The translations under genes were made by a program, and so were the position numbers. This document shows positions 55,242 through 64,000 of a stretch of 64,000 nt of DNA, piece after piece. The notes beneath the pieces were generated by a model. The model searched no databases. It had not been told where the DNA came from and saw nothing but the letters and a program-made list of their open reading frames with translations. The DNA comes from Ylistrum balloti (taxonomy: Eukaryota): the NCBI RefSeq assembly GCF_031769215.1, contig NW_026782000.1, positions 186,001-250,000 on the forward strand, given 5' to 3'. The number at the start of each line of letters is the position of its first letter. The stretch's first letter is position 1.

Positions 55242-55390
55242 TCGTCTGCTAGAAGCTAGAGGATCATGGGATGATATACGAATCTACCAAGATGCCAACT
55301 CTTCACTAATGGATGGAAGATGACGAACCAATCAAATAATTCCCCTATGCGTCCATGAATGTAGTTTTGTAGGTTGCTGTTGCTACCAAC
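55242..55390 (+). promoter_or_regulatory. LC8-E promoter module (reverse complement, matching gene orientation)
   Basis: TCGTCTGCTA 55242, GATATACGA 55273, CCAAT 55328, GCGTCCAT about 55349, GTTGCTACCAAC 55379. Confidence 0.72.
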
Positions 55391-55961
55391 TTTCACTTCG
55401 AAAGGCAAACTTTGAGTCGCATTGCATCCATCCACTGCGGATTCTAGAAAAAATACAGGTAAGTATTCTGTTCTGATACTTATGATGAATACATTAATAC
55501 ATTATTTTGCGAGCATCTGAATACTGATATGGATATATAAACACGGTGATGGATATCTGATGAGCGTAGTTCAATTTTGAAAATTAGGGATGTACAAGGA
55601 GTGTAGGAATGTGATCGCCTGATGAAGGCACGCGTTGCTCGGGGAATTAGTATTTTGTCTTAGATTTAATTTTTTTTTAAATACCATTTTGTTCTGTTTA
55701 GAATTATATATTTATTTTCTATGCATTGTATTCCGCATTTCTTTTGTTTTTATCTTCAATACAGCGACTTAATAATTCTATTTAATGTTCTCATGTGTAG
55801 CATTATATCATATATATAATAAAGACTATAATATCCGTGTTAAGGTTGGCCATACAGACTTAGATATGTTTCACTAACTTTTTTTTTGTTTTGATATTTT
55901 GCGTTTTATTAGGAACATTTTTTGCATGTGTGATATCACCTTTTACCGGTTTTGGTTCTGA

Positions 55962-56243
<282 letters not shown>

Positions 56244-56639
56244 TCTTGGAATGTGCCATCTCTAGACATATCATATATGCTGCATATAATTGCCTGCTAG
56301 ATTCTTTTAAGTTTTAGTTCACCGGCGTATTTTTCATGGAAGACTGAAACGACGAATTCATGCCATACATGAATAGAGATAGTGCTACGTTATAAAAGAA
56401 TACTTGGGATCAAAACGTGATTTCTGGTGTAATAATAACTTTTTATTGGAATATGTATTTTAAAAGGATCTTTGCTGTTTACTTTTTTTTGTTGTTTACA
56501 TGCATGACTGTTTATTAATTAAAGTTGTTACAATATGCATTTTTACACATGTAACATTCTTGTGTTATCTTGTTTGTGTCATATAATCAGATCGACCGAT
56601 CCGAATGACAGTCACAATAAACAGAAAATAATTTTCTGT

Positions 56640-57420
56640 TTGTTGACTTGTTTTTGTTCTCATGCGAAGTTGAAATTATTGAAAAGCTTATCACAAGTCA
56701 CAAAGACCTTGCAAAGTCGTTTAATTTCAGCTGCCGTTATATTGCTCACGTCTTGACTTTAAATAACAAGACATTTATTGAATACGTACATCGTGTATAT
56801 CCACCAGAAATAGAAATCAAAGATACGACAGACTCATCTACAACAGCTGCTTATCTCGATCATTTCCTACATTGAACGTAAAGATTTAAATTTCTCTATG
56901 GTGAATTTTCCATTTCTGGATAGCAATATTCATGCATCTCCAATCTATGGTAATTACATGTCACAGTCGATATTATAGGGCCTGTTCCCATTATCATGAT
57001 TTTCATGCAAGAAGTCATCAACTAATTGATAAACTCGTAACACAAGGGTTCAAAAGATACAGGTTGATTACAATTAGGGGAAAGTTTTGACAATCTCGTA
57101 ACACCAGGGTTCGAAAGATGCAGGTTGATGACAATTACGGGAAAGCTTAATGATCGCAATAGTGATCTCATTTTGAAATATTCTATTTCTTTGTGTGGCA
57201 GGAAGCTGGATGTATTTGGTGCTCGTTAGTGTGCCTGTTGATTTCTTTGCTTTATACCTTGTTCTCGTTTGAGAACGTGACTTTACGTACTTGGAATGAC
57301 CAAGGTTTACATGGCAGGTGTCGACGATGAAGCAGAAGACGCTTACTTTTCCGGAACTCCTGGTCTTATTCTCCTTGTACTTTGCCAGGCGTATTCGTGT
57401 TAATCTTCCTTTTGGTTCAT
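56640..57420 (+). mobile_element. Penelope-like element RT relic (3' portion)
   Basis: LAKSFNFSCRYIAHVLTLNN (degenerate RYIDD), YPPEIEIKDTTDSSTTAAYLD and VNFPFLDSNIHASPIYGNYMSQ, with frameshifts and deletions. Confidence 0.75.
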
Positions 57421-58952
57421 ATTTTGCCCTAGTTTTATGAATTTAAGTTTGAATTATGATGTCATCGGGGTATTTTCTTGATGTTCTTTGGTGGCCTCTT
57501 GTGATCGCCTTCTGTCATCCGTCCGTTAACAGTAGTTTGTTCTAATTCCTCAACTAAACTCTGAATTTTAATGAAAGTTTGCAGAAAAATTCCAGGACTA
57601 AATATGAGTGGAAAAGAGTGAATTATGCCGTCCCCAATCCCAGGGACCAAAACGAGTAATATTGATTAAGTATTTCATTTCAATACATGTGTGGTAGAAT
57701 CCAATACTATGACAGGATGAACGTTCCTTAAGGTGTTTTACCACAATTCTGAACTTAAGAGTAGCGGGATAGATCTATTTGTCACTCCAATTAGAATTAA
57801 GAAATTGTTGTACAGAAAATGAAATCTATAAATGCAATAGTTCAATGCATATATCATTCAGCTGTCAGTTTTCCTACAAGACGGCTATCTGAAATGAATA
57901 TCGGAAGTCCGGTTTATCGCATGTTTGTTTGGTTTCTCTTTCCTTTTCAATGGGTAGCATTACTTCCGACGGAAACCAGTCTTCCGTGATTTCATTGAAA
58001 TTTAATTAGTAACGTTAGTTGGTACCAATATCATGATCTCGGACGTGTAGCTGTTATGTATTAGTCTGGCTGTAACAAGAACTTCCATAAAAAGGCAGGT
58101 ATGATCACTGAAAGGTTTTAAAAAGCACAGAAAAAGACTTATACAGCTCTTAAAAATCACAATAACTGAGCGCAGGGTACCAGAATACGTTGGAATATCA
58201 ATTAAAAAAGGTAGGAGAAACGTGATACTGAAAATTAAGGAGACGTTAGGGCAAGTGGAAAACGAAGTGATTTCATCTAATGGCATATGGAACAAACATC
58301 AGAAAGAGGTTTAGGGGCAAACAGAGGGACATCCTTGCTGCAAGAGAGAAAACATCTAATCAGAATGGAAAGATTTTGTAAAGAAACGGATGAATCAAGA
58401 TCGACCAAAAAAGATGTTTCATGAAAAAAAAACACACATAACAAGTTGCTCATATGATCAGCATCGCTTCCGTGGATATTTCAGCAAAACCTAAACAACG
58501 GGCTTTTGACAATTATTTTCCATAACAGACCAAATATTTCATGATAATTAGCGTTTTACATTTATAAAAGACGGACATGATATCCACTCAGCTATCGTCC
58601 AGGCCTGTCGATATAACACTGTTTCACAATACTGAAACTTGATATATTGTTTTTAGTAAATAGGACGATACTTTGCATCCCAAACAGCGGATAGAGGCAG
58701 TTAAGCTACGAGAAAATCAAAAAGCTTGAAATGGCTGGGTTCCAGGCCATCGAGTAGAAAGGTTTGCTGAAAAGTTCCAGGTTATATACAACTGTGAGAG
58801 CTCATTGTTTATTCAGACTAAGAATGTATTTATATGATGTATGCGTCAAAAATTGCAATGTGTAAAATACCGATAAAAGGTGAATGATTTTTTTTTTATG
58901 AAAGACACATAAGGAAAATTTAGAATTAGATACAATAGAAACAAACAATGAA

Positions 58953-59003
58953 TACAACTGCAGCATTCAGCTGGTTTCATCCTTTTAGGACTCATCGGTG
59001 TTT
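58953..59003 (-). ncRNA. Degenerate minimal hammerhead ribozyme-like motif
   Basis: The minus strand reads CCGATGAG-TCC-TAAAA-GGA-TGAAAC-CAGCTG-loop-CAGTTG-TA. The core has two substitutions relative to CTGATGA...CGAAAC. Confidence 0.45.
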
Positions 59004-62000
59004 TAAGGACCTAAATTTTGAAACCTCGGAGGCGAAATTTCAAAATTGATTGATTGTATAATGCATTATTTGACTGCCACTGTGTCTTATTCTAAATCTT
59101 ATCAAAATGTGGTGTTTAGTTGTGGGTCTTTTATACAATATGCATGCACGTATTTCTTAACAACCCATGTCAGGTTGATAGGGGGAAATGGCTTATTTAG
59201 TTTCTTCGGTTACTTGATTCAAATAGCGAGATACTTCTTGCTTGTAATAACACAGAGGACACGGATGGAAATATCTGTAGCAGCCCAAGCGACTGTTATC
59301 AACAATATAGGATCTTAAAAGAGTTTTCATTTCATATGAAATTTTTGAAAAACGTGTCTTAGTTTTTACTTTTGGGACTCTTCCAGTGCAAAACTTATAA
59401 AATGTCATATTAAAGTTAAAAGTTAAGATACCTTATATCAAATAACCCAGGAAAGTTGCATTTTGGCAGGTTTGAAAAACCGAGGTATGGAGGACAAAAT
59501 CAAACGATAGCAGCTACTTTCAGTTCATCATGTAACGCCTTTGTTTATATAATGTCATCACAGTCACCTTTTGACTGTCGCAGTCAAGGAAAACCTTCCC
59601 AGGGTTTATTACATTTGTATGGAAAACTATAGCGTTGGCGAATTCACTAGATAACAAGCGTATTTTGTGATAAGATTATTTACTAGTCTAAGGGATATAA
59701 CCTACATCCGAGTTTAACTGAGGTACATCGCTCTGTGTTAACGCTCCTGAGATTCTGTAAGCTGTACATACTGTAAACAGGGATTTGGATTTCCGTGAAC
59801 AGGTCTATCGAGTACAACATCCACAAACTGCACTTGAATGGCAGAAGAATGACATACATCCTCGATACACCATGGGTTACGCTCGCTACTGATCTCTACA
59901 TTCATGAAAAGTCAACATATATGGTTCCGTGTGCGACAACCTGTGGACAAGACGAGAAGACTAGTTCGCTCCTTTGATATACTTCAAAAGAATCTCGAGG
60001 TAGTATAACGGTATATTGTTAAGTTTGGTGATGCTTCAGTCTATACCCGAAACTTGTTCTATACCAATCAAATAAATTGGCTTGTGCCAGGAGTGTGGAG
60101 AGCCATAGTGATCGTAACCCCCGGAGAATCGAGGATGCGTTGTCTTTAAGATTTTATACGACTTACTGGTTGAAGCTTTTAACTAAAAAATCGTTGAGTT
60201 GGAGAAATAGGCATAACCGTTAATTTTAGACTTTAATAGCATCACATGATAATCACTGGTCAGTTTTCATGGAGTTTTTTTGGTGTGTGTCATTATTCAT
60301 GTCTGGAAACCAATTACCGTGTTATATTTAAAGAAATTTGATAGAAACTACTAATCGCTACCAAGATCCCATTACAAGACATGAGAGTATCTTCAAATTA
60401 AAAAGAAATCTACATGTAATTAATTATTCATTCTTTTAACTTAATACATCTGGAGAAAACGTTCGACAAAACCGAATGGTGTTTTATGTGGTCTTATGTT
60501 GTTGATCTTAACTCCATTTTACACCAAACAGTAGATATAAGAATTCTTCAACAATTATTACAGAACTAGTGATTTTGGGGAGACTATTACCAATTCCGAT
60601 TGTTGGAGAAATTTCCTGTTAATGGTGATAAATCGTCTGCAATTGGTGTGAGGTTCGGGCTAATTGTCTCAGTAAATTGATTCACGACTCTAAAAAGCGA
60701 TCATGAAATATGATAGATCCGTCAACAATGACTCCCAGTTCACCGTTTTTCTCCTAAAGATTTTTAATTACCTTTAAATGTACTCTCTCCCTCACGTTTG
60801 ACTTCTATGCATAGACCGAAAATTTCTGTCTCTAAAATGATAAATGAATGTCTACATTCCAATTTCAATAAAAATGTTAATACCAATAACAGCATAATAA
60901 ACGTGAATATTGACGTAAAATTATCATTTTAGAGATAATTTTTTGTTGTTTTTAATTCTAACTAAAACTAATAGCAATGACCTTAACAATTGTCATGGTA
61001 ACATAGGATGGGCGTACTTTCGATACCGTTTTAGTGATTACGGGACTACGATCTTTCATCCTGCAACTGGCGGTGTTATTCTCGGAATCCACCTGCTACA
61101 TATATTTTATTTGTATTCGACAGTGACGGAAAACAAATGCATTTTAGCACCTACGTTAATTACTTTATAAATTACTTAAAAATCGCGTTTAATACTATTA
61201 ATTGCTGTTGAAATAAGCGATTTTATATATTTCATTGAACAAGTTCAATGGAGAAAATTCATGAAATCGCTGTCATATCCATTTAAGTTTGTAAATATAT
61301 CTCTGCGTGGAACAATTATTAAGGCGAACATTATTGGGCAAAAGTCAGCGTAGCGTCAACGGCAAGTAAACATCAATTAAACAACAAAATTGAAATTTTT
61401 ATGGTCTAGATATGATTTTCAACAAATGTTGCAGGATAAATAGTATACCAGGTATATGGCCCAGTGTTAAAATATAGCTACATTTTGGCTCGGGAAAGAA
61501 AGACACCTGGCTCGCCACTCTTCACCCTTGCCAAAATACAGTTTATATTATAAGACACTGACCACGTATTTTCTATTTATAGGAGCAGTGATTCTATACA
61601 TTGCCAAAGCAGTTAAGCAAAAAAATTGCAGCTTTCTCAAAATTAAATCTTTTCAATCACCTGATTACCTAACACAGAGAGAAAAGAAAATGTGCCTAGT
61701 GGTGACTTCTCTTGTGCTTACTTTTGTTTGTTCACCAATACGCGAAGTAAACGGTCTCCTCTTCTTGTACCTGTCATTATCTAATCTGTTCTACTTGTGT
61801 TCCATTCTATGCTGTATCTAGTGTGTACTTACCCCCAAGCAGACTTATTTTGTTGTCAATGACAAACGAATTTTATTTGTTACAAAAATAACACTAACAA
61901 ATCAAAGTGACAAATCACAAAGTTTACATGAGTAGGTTGGAAAACTACTCAACTTTTTGAAGTCGTGTATATAAAACTAGACAATCCATTTGTAGTAACA

Positions 62001-62755
62001 ACAGTTTATTTAGACTTTGTAAAATACACTCAATATTAAAGCACCAAATTAAATAATAGTACAAACAATTACACAGATGACTTCACACAAAATGGAATTA
62101 TTGTTGAACAAAGAAAAAACCCTAAATGCAGAGTTGGCACAATTAATAAAAAATAAAGCACACAGGTGCATCACTTATTGGGACTGGGACAATATCTTGA
62201 CATTCAACTGGTCTTTGGTATTTACTAACATCTCGCATGAATGAAACTCACTAATCAACCTAACATTTCTTTCACAAATTTATACAAACCACAAAGGTTC
62301 ATTATACTTTGATATGCAACATACCTGAATCACAACAAACCTATCATCATCCCAACCACAAACAAAAACATACTTACATAAAAGTTTTGTCATGCACATT
62401 AACAAATGTATTCTTTGGTCAATTTGTTAACTGTTCTTAGTCTAATGCTGAATCTTTTGAACTCATGATGTCAACTTCAATGAAAAAAATGTCAAACTGT
62501 CAATGTAAGATCTGTGTTTCTTCACAATGATATCAAAATTAAAAACTTCTACTCTGTAATATCAACAGTAAAACACATTTGGCAAAAATGTGAATTTGCA
62601 TTCACGAAGAAACACTTTGATTTCAAAAACAAGTATTCTTAATTCAACCTTACACAGATTACAGATGGAGGATTTTTTTCAGAAATTTCAGCTGTGGAAT
62701 AAAAGATGTCAAGGAAAACACTTCTGCTTAATTTCAGTCAACATCATTCTGGTGT

Positions 62756-63133
<378 letters not shown>

Positions 63134-64000
63134 TTAATTGTACCAATAATCACTGGAGATTACATAAACTTCAAGTTAAAATTGAACTTGACCCTGGGCA
63201 GGTCCAATATTGTATGTCATTCTACAATTGCTAGTTTGACTGACAATGACAGGGTTCTACAGACAATTCAATGCTGTATCACTCAATGATGTCTTCTAGA
63301 GGAATTGGTTGCTCTTGCTACATGAAAATGTACTTTTTTAAAATTAAAATACTATTCCTGCTGTCTTTGTGGCAGATCTATATCTAACAGCTGTTTTGCA
63401 TGTGGAATGTCCCATTCTTGTGTATATTCCTTCAATAAAGAGTGACATTGTACGAATATCTACACAAAAGGTGTCATCTACCTGCTAACCGACCTTTAAC
63501 ATACTGCAGTTAGGAGATTGGTTTTGAAGCCTTTTCGTCTCAAGAGTCATTCGATAAACCAATAGATTTGGGAAACATTTATATCCAGTGATTAGGTAAA
63601 CGTCAAATGAGGTTTTAGGTTCTCATCTATTTCAATTTTAATACGAACGACTTGCGCGTTTCATGTTTTGTCGCGTAATTCTGGAAGTAATAATCAAACA
63701 ACGTACATAAAAGGAAGTACCCAAATGAAAGAAGAGGGAAAAAAACGAAAGTCTGTACAGTCCCAGTATTCCTGTAATTTGATAAAATAATGTTCTAAAC
63801 AGAAGTACCGACAACTCGACAGTAGGTTTTCAGTATTTTGTCTTCAAAAGAAAAATGGGCCTTACGTATTTTCATTCGATACAAGAAATGCAAGATGGAG
63901 AACTTCCGTCAGGATGTACATGCAAAGTTTTCACTCAGATTTTTTTTCAATGTTGAATATGACGATATAATTAGTAATTATTTTAAGAATTTAACTAATT

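Noticed and set aside
58002-58450. Lys-rich, partly open plus-strand frame
   Set aside because: No recognisable motif; could be chance in A-rich sequence.
63535-63560. Second hammerhead-like string (minus strand GAATGACTCTTGAGACGAAA)
   Set aside because: Lacks the CTGATGA core and stems I and III.

Overview
This is AT-rich animal genomic DNA with spliceosomal introns. The repeat families resemble those of bivalve molluscs (inference). Left to right it holds: the 5' seven coding exons of HEATR6 (minus strand), head-to-head across a 284-bp promoter with a complete 7-exon COQ5 (plus, 351 aa). Next is a cluster of six intact 89-aa dynein light chain LC8 (DYNLL) genes, five on minus and one inverted on plus. 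Five of the LC8 genes share a five-motif promoter module (CGTCTGCTA, TCGATATAYGAC, CCAAT, GYGTCCAT, RFX X-box half-site), and their coding regions show gene-conversion mosaicism. Two LC8 copies sit in a precise tandem duplication (34009-45837 / 45838-51440, CACA microhomology). One unit carries a full-length but disabled 6.5-kb CR1-group LINE with a 10-bp TSD, a 2A-like motif and a 24-bp internal inverted repeat; the other unit preserves the empty site. Also present are Helentron-type non-autonomous elements, a nested TIR-transposon stack, Penelope-like RT relics, a degenerate hammerhead, a 2.8-kb 19/20-bp satellite, and a minisatellite built from a HEATR6 splice acceptor. Most short ORFs in the supplied track are intronic or repeat artefacts. 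All homology calls come from my recognition of the sequence; no searches were run.
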